A stretch of 64,000 nt of DNA from Octopus vulgaris (taxonomy: Eukaryota). Numbering within the stretch: position 1 is the first letter of the stretch; each line of letters opens with the position of its first letter. The DNA is taken from positions 129,270,001 to 129,334,000 of the forward strand of contig OX597814.1 in NCBI GenBank assembly GCA_951406725.2, in the 5' to 3' direction. Below, piece after piece: positions 12,273 through 25,333 of this stretch. The position numbers and the translations under genes were made by a program. A model generated the notes under the pieces. The model ran no database searches. It saw only the letters and a list, made by a program, of their open reading frames with translations, and was not told where the DNA came from.

Positions 12273-13142
12273 ATATATATATATTTTAACAGTTAACTGA
12301 AGGATTACTGAATTCTCTTTAGTTGAGTGTGTTTATATAACTTTTAAAAGTTGACAGTGACTTTGAAGTTCTGGCTTGATTACTTTTATCAAATTGTCTC
12401 CCTGCACTCTCTCTCTCTCTATGTATATGTGTGCATGAAGAGTATCACACTTTTTCTCTCCATATGTGTGTGTATGTGAGTGTAGAAAGATGTGTGGTTT
12501 TCTTTCAATCCCTGATGAACAGATCTATGATTTAAACCATTGTTAATTGTGACCATCAAACCTTTTTTGGAGGAGGTGGAATAGTGTATGTAGGATTACA
12601 TTACCCAGTATGTACTTCTATTTTTTAAAGATGTTTGAGTGTTATATGAGGGAGATTTGATTGCTATTTCTAACCAGTTGATTGCTCATTGACTGATACT
12701 CATCTATCTACCTACCTCTATGTGTGTGTGTGTAAGAGGGAGAGAGAGAGAGTGAATGAGAGGTATATGACAAAAGGATATAGTGTTAAATTATATCATT
12801 ATAGCTGCCGAACCTGTGACATGTAATTATCTGTGTAGTGACATGAATTACTTCCCAGGCATCCGTTTTGTAGTTTAATGAAACATAGAAAGTTCTAACT
12901 CAATGCTTATATGTCATGTACTTTAAAAAGCACTCTATGCCCACACACATATATACATATATATATGTTTCAATAGTATGGTAATTTATTCAAAAATTGA
13001 ACATACTTATATGTGAATATGTACGCACATACATAACACACATTTGCATTCATACACACTAATGTGTTAATTTCATGTTAATTTTCTAAAAGACTTTGAA
13101 TTTGATTTTTTTGTCATTTATCATATAAATTTAACTTTGTAG

Positions 13143-13324
13143 GAGTGGTGCTATCCATGTAGGTGACCAAATCTTATCCATTGATGGCGCAAGCGTGGAA
13201 CGTATGTCTCTGCCTGAAGCTAGTCAGCTTTTAAAGTCAGGTTCTGGGGACCAGGTGCGACTGGAAATCATTCCAATAAGCCATATTCAACAGCGAGCAT
13301 CTAGGGAAGCAATTGCTCGAAAAG
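13143..13324 (+). CDS. GRIP1: GRIP-like exon A, PDZ3 C-half: (R)[60 protein letters not shown]
   Basis: ttgtAG acceptor 13141-42, GTtggt donor 13325; 182 nt; typical PDZ GD/SIDG motif. Confidence 0.92.
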
Positions 13325-13515
13325 GTTGGTTTCTGATTTTTCTTTATTTTTTTTTCTTATTGTTTTAAAATCAATTATTTCCTTATTTTGTGACTTTTCT
13401 AAGCCTTCTGTTATAATTCCATTTACACCTCGGGTATTTGATATGAATATTAAATTGACATTGAAAGGACAAACAGCAAAGATGATCTCAGCAAGATTTG
13501 AATTCAGTTATTCTT

Positions 13516-14066
13516 ATTTCTTTATTATCCACAAGGGGCTAAACATAGAGGTGACAAACAAGGACAGACAAAGGGATTAAGTTGATTACATCGACCCCAG
13601 TGCATAACTGGTACTTAATTTATCGACCCTGAAAGGATGACAGGCAAAGTTGACCTCGGCGGAATTTGAACTCGGAATGTAACGGCAGACGAAATACTTA
13701 TTTCTTTACTACCCACAAGGGGCTAAACACAGAGAGGGCAAACAAACAGATTAAGTCGATTATACTGACCCCGAAAAGATGAAAGGCAAAGTTGACCTTG
13801 GTGGAATTTGAACTGAGAACGTAGCAGCAGACAAAATACCTATTTCTTTACTACCCACAAGGGGCTAAACACAGGGGTGACAAACAAGGACAGACACACG
13901 GATTAAGTCGATTACATCGACCCCAGTGCGTAACTGGTACTTATTTAATTGACCCCGAAAGGATGAAAGGCAAAGTCGACCTCGGTGGAATTTGAACACA
14001 GAACGTAACGGCAGACAAAATATGGCTACGCATTTCGCCCGGCATGCTAACATTTCTGCCAGCTTG
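13516..14066 (-). mobile_element. SINE family C, three tandem partial units
   Basis: Repeats of tatttctttactacccacaaggggctaaac...gaaaggatgaaaggcaaagtcgacctcggcggaatttgaactc; B-box GAGTTCAAATTC on the minus strand. Confidence 0.8.
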
Positions 14067-15942
14067 TAATAACTTCTTTCCTCAAACTACGGCTCTCTGG
14101 AACTCACCCCTATCCACTTGTTTGCCCCTAGATTATGATATTCCTCTGTCATGCAACATCTTTTGAGTTTGCAAGCCCCTTTTTTTCCTTGTTGTCCCTT
14201 CTACAACTGTGACCTCAAGCCTTGCTTGGGACAAAATCATTAAAATAAATATAAAAAAAGCTTTTTCTCCCCCACTAACAATCCTACCAAAAATTAAGAT
14301 AGTAATGAGAAATCAGTAATTCTATTTTTTACTTCACATTAATTTGCTGATTCTTTTTAATATTACTAGTATTTTAGTGAAAATGTCTCTACAATGGTTG
14401 TAGTGGGGTTAATGTGATTGACTACTTAACCTCATATTGTGAGTTCAAATCATATCAATATCAGTTTTTTGTCATGACACATGACAGATCCATTTTTCCT
14501 TGATAGCATGGTTGAAACAGTTCACTTCAACAGACAATTTGATTTTACAGCTGGTTACCTTTTTTATCATTAATCACTCAGCTGTGAAGATGAAGTAAGA
14601 TCTGTCTTTGTCAGGTAAAAAAGAGTAAGCAAAGTTAAATAATTTGTTGAGGAGCATGGCACAATGGCAACAGTGATGAACATTTGAGCATGTTATTAGT
14701 TGTCTTACATCTTAATATAGCATCAGTTTATATCCATCAATCAATTAATCGACCAAAATTTCCCTCCCACCTCTCTCTCTCTCTCTCTCTCCCTCCACCT
14801 TTCTCTTGTTTGAGCGTGGAGTTCACAATCATGAGGTAGTGAGTTAGATTCCAGGACTGGCTGTGTGTTGTGTTCTTGAGCAAGACAGTTCACTTAGCTG
14901 TAGAAATGAGTTGCAACTTCACTGGTACCAAGCTTTATCAGCCTTTGCCTTTTCTATGGAGAACATTGGTAGCATGGAAAGGGGGGGGGGCTGGTATGCA
15001 TGGGCAACTGCTGGTCTTCCATAAACAACTTTGCCTGGACTTGTGTTTTGGAAGAAAACTTTCTAGGTGCGTCCCATGGTCATTCATGACTGAAGGGCAT
15101 TTTTACCCTTTATGTGTGTGTGTGTATATATATATAGTTGAAATTTACAGAAAAACAAATGATGAAGATATGTGTATAAACAACAAGCAGGTGTATTAGC
15201 TTGATACTTGGGAAGGTGAGAAAGTCTTTTACGTTTCAAGCCTATGCTCTTCAACAGAAAGGAACATGAGGAAATAAACAGAGAGAGAATAAATCAGAAA
15301 CATCATCATCATTAGTGTCCACATTTCCATCCTTGAATGGGTCACATGCAATTTGTTGAGGAAGGTTTTCTATGGCAGATGCCCTTCCTGTCACCAACCC
15401 TCACTTGTTTACAAGCAACTTAATATTTCTCCAAGGTCAGACTATATAGCACCTTGACAAATGTCTTCCACTATACCCTCAGATTGACCAAGCCTTCTGA
15501 GTGGATTTGGTCGACAGAAACTGAGAGAATCTTGTTGTATGTGTATATGTGCATATGAGAATCCTTTCCTTGACATTCAACAACTGTTGTAAATGAGTGT
15601 CACTGTCATATATGCAGTGTCGTTCATTTCCAATATTCTGTGAAAGCATGTCTGGCTATGGCAAATGTAAATCGGTTTCAAGAAATTTCATCTGACCTAT
15701 GCAAGCATAGAAATATGAATGCTAAAACAATGATATATAGTATCATTTGAGCAGGATTTTACTGTTATTTCTAGCAGTTTGAGCTACCACATATTTCCTA
15801 TTTTATTCTTGCTGTTGTTGTTCTAGTATTCATTTTTGACTAAACTCCTTCGCTTTTGATTGAGGAACCTAAGGTGTAGGATGAGCCAAAGAGACACTTG
15901 AGATGAACTGCAGTATATATACATATTTTGCTGCTATTTCAG

Positions 15943-16332
15943 TGCAGGAGTAGCTGTGTGGTAAGTGGCTTGCTTACCAACCACATGGTTTCGAGTTCAG
16001 TGCCACTGCGTGGCACCTTGGGCAAGTGTCTTCTACTGTAGCCTCAGGCCGACCAAAGCCTTGTGAGTGGATTTGGTAGACGGAAACTGAAAGAAGCCCG
16101 TTGTATATATGTATGTGTGTGTGTATGTTTGTGTGTCTGTGTTTGTCCCCCCAACATCGCTTGACAACCGATGCTGGTGTGTTTACGTCCCCGTAACCTA
16201 GCAGTTCGGCAAAAGAGACCGATAGAATAAGTACTAGGCTTACAAAGAATAAATCCTGGGGTCGATTTGCTCGACTAAAGGCGGTGCTTCAGCATGGCCA
16301 TGGTCAAATGACTGAAACAAGTGAAAGAGTAA
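15943..16332 (+). mobile_element. tRNA-headed SINE, family B (full length)
   Basis: A-box-like TAGCTGTGTGG, B-box-like GAGTTCAGTGCC, internal (TG/TA)n, tail aaatgactgaaacaag; more than 10 copies in the window. Confidence 0.85.
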
Positions 16333-16820
16333 CCATATAGAATCCAGCTTGTTGGTTTGTATTTACTATGAGTAGGTGATAGCTGAGAGAAGGAGAGAGT
16401 CAGATGAAGGAAGTAGGGAGATAAGACTGAAGTAATTCAACAGATAAGTTACTGGAGGAGAGGTATGGAGGAATAGAAGACACAATGTTAACCTAAAAAC
16501 TTAGAGAAACTAGGAAATGTAGATATTTTAAATCTCTTATCTTGTTCTTGTTTAAGTCTTTGGACTGCAGCCATGCTGGTGCACCACTTAAAGACTGATA
16601 CTTATTCTATTGATCTATTTTGCTAAACTGCTCAGTCCAGGGATGTAAACAAACCAGCACCAATTGTCAAGTGAGAGGTGGAGACAAACACAAAGACACA
16701 CAGAAACACACGCACATGTGATGGGCTTCCATACATGCAGTAAATACCTTAATTTCATAATTAGCGAATTTCTCCAATATGCTATTAAAATATGTCCATA
16801 TGACTTCAATCTACTTGCAG

Positions 16821-17027
16821 CATTAGTGCCTATTTGTATGCCATCTTCCGTATCAACGCCAACATTGGCACTTCCTAGCAGTCCATTTGGTACACTTCAC
16901 AATTACAATACCATACGATCATCAGGGTCATGTGGGCGAAATTCTGGCACTTTGCCTTCTAGAATTTCCAGCCAATCCAATTCACATCGTTCATGGTCGA
17001 GACCAGACCGGAAGCAAGCATCATGCA
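16821..17027 (+). CDS. GRIP1: GRIP-like exon B, Ser/Pro-rich PDZ3-PDZ4 linker: ALVPICMPSSVSTPTLALPSSPFGTLHNYNTIRSSGSCGRNSGTLPSRISSQSNSHRSWSRPDRKQASC
   Basis: ttgcAG acceptor, GTAAGT donor 17028; 207 nt, phase 1/1, open in frame between exons A and C. Confidence 0.85.
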
Positions 17028-17407
17028 GTAAGTATATATTTTTCTCCTTTTCTTGTTGCTATTTAACCTGAAAGTCAACTTTGGTTGAGCAGCATTTGAT
17101 GAAAGGCATTCCAGCTGTGAACATTTCATCCCACTTTTTTTAAAAACGTATTGACTGCCACTTTTTTTAAGGTAGTAGAATGTGATTTTAAGGGAAATTT
17201 TGCTACTGTTTCTAGCAGGTCATGTGACTGTACAGGGTATAATCATTGGCTTGTTTTATTTTTGTTCCACTCATTCCTTTTACTATTATATATATATTGA
17301 TTTGAGTCCCTTAACAGCTCGTTAGAATAGCCTCTACACTAAAGCAGTCACTTTCTGAGATTGGTGAAATCATTAAATATATTTGAGTATCATTACTTAA
17401 TAAAACA

Positions 17408-17710
17408 TGGAGGCACATGGCCTAGTGGTTAAAGCAGCGGACTCGTCGAAGGATTGTGGGTTCGAATCTCAGACCGGGCAAAGTGTGTGTTTATGAGCAA
17501 AACACCTATGCTCCACGCGGCTCCGGCAGAAGGTAATGGCAAACTTCTGCTGACTCTTTCACCACAGCTTTCTCTCACTCTTTCCTCCTGCATCTTGCAG
17601 CTCACCTGCGACGGACCAGCGTCTCGTCCAGGTGGGGAACCTATACGCCAAGGAAGCCAGGAAACCGGCCCTTATGAGCCAGGCATGGCTTGAGAAAGAA
17701 CAAACAACTA
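17408..17710 (+). mobile_element. tRNA-headed SINE related to family D
   Basis: TGGCCTAGTGG A-box, GGTTCGAATCT B-box, shared 5' body, (CAAA)n-like tail. Confidence 0.7.
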
Positions 17711-18970
17711 TTCCTCCTGAAGGATCAAACAACAACTTAATAAAACAATGTGAGTGCTATTATAGTAGAGGTTGGATTTTGATGAACTGAGTTTAAATCT
17801 CGGTTTTGATTCTCAATCAATTATTATTTCACTTTACATTTGTGGCTAATGCCATTGAAAAAGGCATGAGCATTATTTTGTCAATATTTATAAATTTAAG
17901 GTCTTTTATGTATGTAAGCAATCATTACATTTTGTAAAATCCCATCATGACTTCTTAAACGAGAGAAGGACATTATATGAGGAATTACAACAGTGTTTCG
18001 TGGTCTGCTATCACAACAGCTCCTTTATAGGATCCAGTTAGCTCAAGACATCATCAGGAGAAACCACGTCCGGTTTCGGCCCCTACTCCTCTACCGTTTT
18101 GACGTGGCGGGGCTCCCCCTTTCGGAGGTGTCTTCAGCTCTGGTGTTGTGTGCATGTCTTCTTTCTTCTGTTCCCTGGCCTCTTCGATGTAGTTTTGTAT
18201 AGCCTTAGAAGATAGGATGGCCATGGATGGATTGCCTTTGATAATAGCTGCACTCAGTAAGTGCTGACTGAGGACTAAACAAATAAAGTAACATTGCTGT
18301 GTTCCAAGTTGATATTCTTATTATTGTGAAGGTGCATGTCTTAGTGGTTAGAGGTGTTTGGATCACAATTATAAGGTCGTGAGTTCAATACGGCATGTTA
18401 TGTTCTTGAGCAAGATTCTTTATTTCATATTGCACCAGTCCAATCACCTGGCAAAAATAAGTTGTACCTGTAATTAAAAAGACGAACCTTGTCACATTCT
18501 GCATCATGCTGATTTCCCTGAGAACTACATTGAGAGTATGTGTGTCTGTGGAGTTCTCAGTCACTGGCGTGTTAATTTCACAAGCAGGCTGTTCCATTGA
18601 TCAGATCAACTGGAACCTTCAATGTCATAATCAACAGAGTGTCAATGTTTTCTTGTTATTGAGTTGACATATGACACATAGGTACTTGGATAAACAAGGT
18701 GACAAGACCCATAGGTTGTTGTCCTAGATATATATTATATTTTTTTTTAACATGCTTCCATACATCAAACTTAAATGATTTAACCAGCATCTGAGCTGTG
18801 ACCATTCCATCTTCTTCTTAAAGATATTATATTCAGGACTGATCTATCAAGTATATTCATATGTTTTTGTTTTTTTTATAAATACCTTGTGAGTGGAATG
18901 AATGAATTTGTTTTAAATATTTGTAAAATTTCTAGATGCTCATGCTTAATTTTTTACACCTATTTTACAG

Positions 18971-19160
18971 TGTCAGTTGCATCAACTGTAACATCTGTGA
19001 TGCCAAACAACCAAATTTGTCATACAGAAGTCGTGGAAGTCATTCTATATCATGACCATCGAGGTCCAGGCATAACTCTCAGTGGTGGCATCTTCTCTAC
19101 CACTGTACTAACTGAGCCACCTGTCATTTCCTATGTGGAACCTGGTAGTGCTGCTGACAG
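18971..19160 (+). CDS. GRIP1: GRIP-like exon C, PDZ4 N-half: MSVASTVTSVMPNNQICHTEVVEVILYHDHRGPGITLSGGIFSTTVLTEPPVISYVEPGSAADR
   Basis: ttttacAG acceptor, GTaaca donor; 190 nt; resembles the GRIP1 VHTETTEVVL...PPLISYIEADSPAER segment. Confidence 0.93.
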
Positions 19161-19361
19161 GTAACAGTCTTTTCTTTTTTTCACTGCATTTTGGTTTCAA
19201 TTAACTCTAAAGCAGATTGCATATCTGCTATACAAATGTAAACACACAGAGAAAGAGAGGGAGAGAGATAATACTAATGTTTGGGCACTTTGGGCATTTT
19301 GAAGCATGGGTGAATTGCACAGTTGCCCAGGAGTCCCTGAAGCCTAGGAATCTAAATATAA

Positions 19362-19795
19362 TTCATGGATAGTGATTCGATGATTTCCCCTAACAGCTGC
19401 ATGCACATCTATGATGTTTTCCTCAGTTCCACTGGTTGTAGATCTCCCAGAATGTTCATCAGTATTGACATTTTTTCAGCCATCTTTGAAATGTCTGAAC
19501 CATTCATACACGTGTGTGGCTCATACACTCCTCTCCATACACTTTCTACAACTTTGCATAGGCCTCTGAGCAGGTATCACCATGACAACTTTCTCTGTCA
19601 TGGTCAATGCAATGATTACATGCTACACACCTTCCTTCGAAACACTGTTGTAAATAGTGGAAGTGAGCTAGAACATTAAAACTTAATGTGCATGCACAGC
19701 AGAGGTCAAGGTTGATCTGTGCCAAATGGATTCACTCTGCGTGCTTTAGCTTCATTACTATGGCAACAGTCCAGATACTTATAGATTAGACCTTT
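19362..19795 (-). mobile_element. Tc1/mariner transposase remnant
   Basis: Minus-strand degraded peptide KVYGEECMSH..VYEWFRHFKDG*KNVNTDEHSGRSTTSGTEENI..V..NHRITIHE (mariner N-terminal HTH). Confidence 0.75.
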
Positions 19796-19997
19796 CCATT
19801 AAATCTGCCTAAATGCATAAATACCAGAACTTATTTTGACAGCCAGCTTCCTGAAGATTTCATCTGAATGAAACAGTTCTAGTCCTGTAGAAGCTCCTTC
19901 TATAAAATAAATTACTTTACTCTGCTATGTATTGAGTACCTTATTTACTGTGGTTAACCCCGACTCAACCCGGGACCTACATATATATATATATATA

Positions 19998-20508
19998 TCA
20001 TCATCATTATCATCATCATTTAGCGTCCGCTTTCCATGCTAGCATGGGTTGGACGGTTCAACTGGGGTCTGTGAAGCCAGAAGGCTGCATCAGGCCCAGT
20101 CTGATCTGGCAGTGTTTCTACGGCTGGATGCCCTTCCTAACGCCAACCACTCCGTGAGTGTAGTGGGTGCTTTTTACGTGCCACCCGCTCAGGTGCCAGA
20201 CGGAGCTGGCAAACGGCCACGAACGGATGGTGCTTTTACGTGCCACCGGCACTGGTAACTCAGCTGCAATTTCCATTGATCGATTTCGATTCTGATCCTC
20301 ACTTGCCTCAACAGGTCTTCACAAGTAGAGTTTTGTGTCCTAAGAAGGGAAGGTAAGCATACGTAGGCTGGCTCCATCCCATGTAGAAGGCCACGGCTTA
20401 TGGTTTCACTTGTCCTGCCGGGTCTTCTCGCGCACAGCATACTTCCAGAGGTCTCAGTCTTTAGTCATTTCCTCAGCGAGACCTAAAGTTCAAAGGTCGT
20501 GCTTCATC
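19998..20508 (-). mobile_element. RTE-clade LINE 3' end (ORF tail plus UTR, family A)
   Basis: Reverse complement of the 4127-type fragment with (CAT)n tail. Confidence 0.8.
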
Positions 20509-21704
20509 ATATATATATATGTGTGTGTGTATGTGCATACACATTGATGCATTACATTCATGTATAATTTTGTATTCTGAAATTAATACTAGATGAAGAA
20601 AGTTAGGAAATGGCAGTAATCATATGGAAGTCATATGGAAAAAACAATCTATCTTCTCCTTTCACACCTGCTTTATGCTTTGTCTGTCTGTATACATGTA
20701 TATACATGTGTATGTGTGTCTGATTACATTTATATACATGTGTATGTGTACACATAAACACGCACAAATGCAATTTTCTCTCTTTCCTCATACATTTGAT
20801 AAAAGTATAGATTTATTCTATATTTTTGAATGTTTTATTTTCAATTTCATGTATTTCTTATATTTTGGGCTTTTTTTTTTTTACATATTGAGAGAATGTA
20901 TAGAAATATTGTCCTCATGACTTGTTATATCCTCATGATATTCAGGTTTAGAAGTTGTAGAGTGTATGGGTTGCGTTTTCATGTTCGAGTGATGCTGTTT
21001 ATCCTGAAGTCATCTCTGATTAAGTAGATCTGTTTATAAACCTTCCAACCATGCACATACCACCTTTTGTTCAACCATTGTGTAAGATCTTATTGTTCAC
21101 TACAGTTCTTTTTTTAAAAAAAAAAAAAATTGAGAGATATATGATTACTATTTCTAACAACCATGTAGAGGGTCCTTTGTTCAATTCATATTGTGTTTGT
21201 TTTTAATAAGTTTTTTATATTTATGATGACGGCAACCTTATTTTTAGATTTTATTTCAGATCTTAAAGCACTCCTGAGGATAAAATTCACCTTTATATAT
21301 TTTGTTATTATGTATTTAGTAATATCTAATTTAGACAAGTCAGTTGCTAAAGACAGTTTTGTATTCTGGCATAAAATGAAGAAAGACAAACTGTTTTTAC
21401 CTTACAATACCTCACTAAGTTAAAGGAAAGGCTGGAAGGTAATTTAAAGATGTTATTGCCAGAAATAAAAAGCAAGTTAATTAAAAATATAAAAGTGGTC
21501 TGTCATTTCATGAGTGTGCTAATAATAAATCTTATATTTTTACCGTAAATATAATTACACCTTGTTTTCAATTCTCAAAGAGGAACAGGGTATATTTTAC
21601 TTGAGAGTCTTAAAACAGAAGATACACATATCATCATCATCATCATTTAATTGCCATATTCCATGCTGGCATGGGTTGGACAGTTTTACAGGAGTTAATG
21701 AGGT

Positions 21705-22224
21705 CCTGTCAAACCATCCAACTTATACCAGCTTTGATCATGGACCTCCAAAGCTATTGGAAAAGTTACTGGGGCTTCTTAGAAATCTTCAAAGCCACAG
21801 TCGAACCAATTCTACTATATGGCTCAGAAACCTGGACGTTATCAAAGAAGTTTGAGAGGCAGTTGGATGGAACCTACACTCGCCTCCTTATGAGAGCTCA
21901 AAATCTCTCGTGGAAGCGCCATCCAACCAAAATGCAAATATATGGGAAACTACCACCTGTGGCATCTCTTGTGAAAGGTAAGAGAGTCCAGTTTGCTGGA
22001 CATTGTTGTAGAGCTGAAAAAGAGGTAATTTCTACTCTTCTCCTCTGGAAGCCATCTACCTGCAATACCAGAGGGCGCACACTCTCCTACCCTGATGTAA
22101 TCTCCAGGGATACAGGCATCCAGCAACAGGACCTCCGTAATGCCATGATGGACCGTGAAGTCTGGCGTAGCATGGTAAATTCCATTGTCTCGACCACGGT
22201 CGAACAATGATGATGATGATGATG
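21705..22224 (+). mobile_element. 5'-truncated RTE-like LINE (RT C-terminal region), second family
   Basis: FKATVEPILLYGSETWTL..LDGTYTRLL..FAGHC..DREVWR peptide ending at a stop that runs into a (TGA)n tail. Confidence 0.85.
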
Positions 22225-23194
22225 TCAGTCAATGTTTACCATGCATTTGCACATATACATGCTAGGCTAGGCTGGGGAAGATATTTTGAAGAAGACTAGT
22301 TGTTGCTGCCTATGCATGCAAGTCTCTCCTTTCTATACCACTGACTTGAGCCAAAACAGCCTGGCACCAGTTTTGTCACAGATGTTGCACTCAAAACACA
22401 AAGAGACTGGACAGATACTACAAGGGTTCTTGCTTGACCCTCTAACTGTTCACCAATCCACTACTCTAGATTTGGGCGTTTTTTTTTTTTTTGTTATCAA
22501 TGGCAAAAGGATGAAAGGTAAAGTTGATCACTGTGGGATTTGAACTCAGAAGGCTGAGATTCAGAACATATACCACAAGGCATTCTATCCAATAATCTAA
22601 TAATTCTGACACTGCCAAGAGAAGATATCTTTATGACTTAGCTGTTGTTATTCAGATTTAAATTACATCTTTGATTATCACTTTCCTTTTAGTTTATAAA
22701 TCTCATTAGCTAATTAGCTGGTATCAATCAAAATATAAGACAAAATGATAATGAAAGCTGCTGCTGCATTATTATGGTCATATCAATGATTTAAAGTGTG
22801 CATATGTTTAGTTGCATCCATTACATTCTGGGTTCAAGTCTCAGTGAAGTCAACTTTGTCTTTTATTCTTTCACACTGAAATAAATGCCAGTAGTGTATA
22901 CAGATAAATGCAACTGACTGTATCCATGATTCTAAATTTGAGGGCAACCTTGTTCCTATGTTAGCAATCTTTATCATTTATTAAGTTTCAAAGTCTTTCA
23001 TCATTCATTAACAACCTGATCGTTGGTAACTGTTCCTGTTATTTTTTAAAAGAGAACATTAACCCTTTTGATAACCTACTTACTCGCTATCATACAAACT
23101 TTCTGTTAATATTTTTAAATGATCTAACAAAAGAGTTTTTTTTATGATATATATATATAAAAAGGGGTTTGTATGATTGTGTATAGAGGGATAC

Positions 23195-23865
23195 ATATTA
23201 TTCAAGGAAATTCCAACTCTGTCTGCTTTTTATGTTTTATTTATATTCTTTATAATATTAATGTAGAATATAGAATATATAGTATAAATAATATATATAT
23301 ATCGTAAAATGAAATGAAGTATTGATTGTCTTATTGAATAGATGAAATATTGAATATAATTTATTAACCCTTTCGTTACCAACCCAGCTGAAACCGGCTC
23401 TGGCTTTTTAGTGTAAATGTCTTGTTTTCATAAGTTTTGAATTCAAATCTTCCACCAAATTTTAGTCACAATTTATGTTCCTAACACTAGCTTAATGATA
23501 ACGATGTTATTTTACTAAATTCTTTGTTATATTTAAAATAATTGGAAGAAACACAGAGCATCTCAAAATAAATACAGTAACGAAAGAGTTAAGAGACTAG
23601 TATACTTTCTTGCATTATAGCAAGACAGTTGAAACACTCCTGTCACAACCTGGGACCTTGAAGACTGCTATAATGCAAGAAAGTATACTAGTCCCTTAAT
23701 ATTTTATATTCAATATTTCATCTATTCAGTAATGCAATCAATACTTCATTTCATTTTACTATAGATATATTTTATTTATACTTTATATTCTATATTCTAC
23801 ATTAATATTATAAAGAATACAAATAAAACATAAAAACAGAGTTAGAATTTCTTTGAATAATATAT
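23195..23865. repeat. Large imperfect palindrome (foldback) interrupted by a MITE
   Basis: 23198-23367 plus 23593-23621 is the reverse complement of about 23666-23861. Confidence 0.8.
23368..23588. mobile_element. piggyBac-type MITE
   Basis: TTAA target-site duplication (23364-67, 23589-92); TIR CCCTTTCGTTAC / GTAACGAAAGAG; truncated copy at 31764-31953. Confidence 0.85.
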
Positions 23866-24892
23866 ATATATATATATATATTCTATTAAATCCATATATT
23901 GTGAATTGAATTTATATATATATTTATAGGAAGTTAATTATATGGCTGGTCATAGAAGGACCAATGATTTTGCATCAATAAAGTGCTGAGCTTTACAGAC
24001 ATCTCATCAGATTCCAGTGGCTGTTGGTATATAACCTCTTTTCAAAATTAAGATAGAAAAGTGTTACAGTCAGTTAATTTTGTAAATAAAAATATATATT
24101 GTCCAATCGTTAGGTGGAATAGGTTATCATTTTTAGATCGGTTCCAATCAGCAAATTTTTTATTGCTCTGGTGGTGCTAAACAGAGTGACAAGTTAAATT
24201 TATGACCCAAGTAGGCTATGGCAAGATTTGATTTCTGAACACAAAGAACCAGAACAGCTGTATGTATCTGCGTGTGTGTATGTTAAATGGTGCATATATA
24301 TTTTAGGAATATATATATATATATATTCCTAAAAATATATATATAAATTCAATTCACAATATATGGATTTAATAGAATATATATATATGCGCATGCATGC
24401 ATGTGCATATGCACCAGTTAACCCTTTGACATTGAAACCAACCATATCCTGCCCAAATATTCTACCTATTTTCTGTTGAAATCAGCCCTGTGTCTAAGAA
24501 ACTATCTGCATTTAAACCCATCCAAGGTTAGCTTTGCCTTTTCTGTCTTCACAAATGATATAAAAACCAATCCAGAGTTCCAATCACATATTGCTGAATC
24601 TATTTAAGGATTTGACAAAATGCTTTTCAGTATCTGTTCTGGCTTTGCATTCTGACAGTAATTTCTGCCACAACACAAGCACCAGGCTGTATCAACTCAT
24701 GTCAACAGCTTTTCCCTTTGATAAACAGTGGAGGAATGGAGAAGAGAGACTTGCATGCATGGGCAACTAACTATCTTTCTAAAAACACATCTTACCCTTG
24801 CCTACTCATACATGCATAGATGAATGCTCAATTTCAAACTTTACCATCATACAACTACATTAGTTCCAATACAAGATCATAGACCAAACCTC

Positions 24893-25121
24893 TTATTTCT
24901 TTATTGCTCACAAGGGGATAAACATAGAGGGGATAAACAAAGACAGACAAGGATTAAGTCGATTACATCGACCCCAGTAGGCAACTGGTACTTGATTTAT
25001 CAACCCCAAAAAGATGAAAGGCAAAGTCAACCTTGGTGGAATTTGAACTCATAACATAACAGCAGATGAAATACCGCTAAGCATTTCGCCTGGCGTGCTA
25101 ACATTTCTACCAGCTCGCTGC
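24893..25121 (-). mobile_element. SINE family C
   Basis: Matches 13516-14066 units; ends about 70 nt before exon D. Confidence 0.8.
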
Positions 25122-25193
25122 CTCTTGCTAAACAGTTAGGGACAGCCAAATTTAGTCAACTTCTAAATTAGTCTATTTTTATTTTTTATCCAG

Positions 25194-25333
25194 GAGTGGC
25201 GTTATTCAAGAAGGTGATCGGATTATATCCATTAATGGTCAAGAACTTGTGGATAAAACATTCGATGAAGCTAATACATTGTTAAAAGAGTCTGGAACGC
25301 GGTGTTTATTGGAAATAGAGTTTGATGTCACGG
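25194..25333 (+). CDS. GRIP1: GRIP-like exon D, PDZ4 C-half: SGVIQEGDRIISINGQELVDKTFDEANTLLKESGTRCLLEIEFDVT
   Basis: ttttatccAG acceptor, GTttgt donor; 140 nt; GDR..ING and LEIEFDV motifs. Confidence 0.93.

Noticed and set aside
12512-12518. Isolated CTGATGA (also 57488-57494)
   Set aside because: No stem II/GAAA arrangement nearby; lies in degraded repeats
21671-22210. Host protein-coding gene of 179 aa
   Set aside because: 5'-truncated RTE-like LINE RT tail; its start comes from an adjacent repeat
23622-23670. Permuted hammerhead at the palindrome centre (GAAACAC..UC, UUGAAGA)
   Set aside because: No stem I complementarity; too degraded to call
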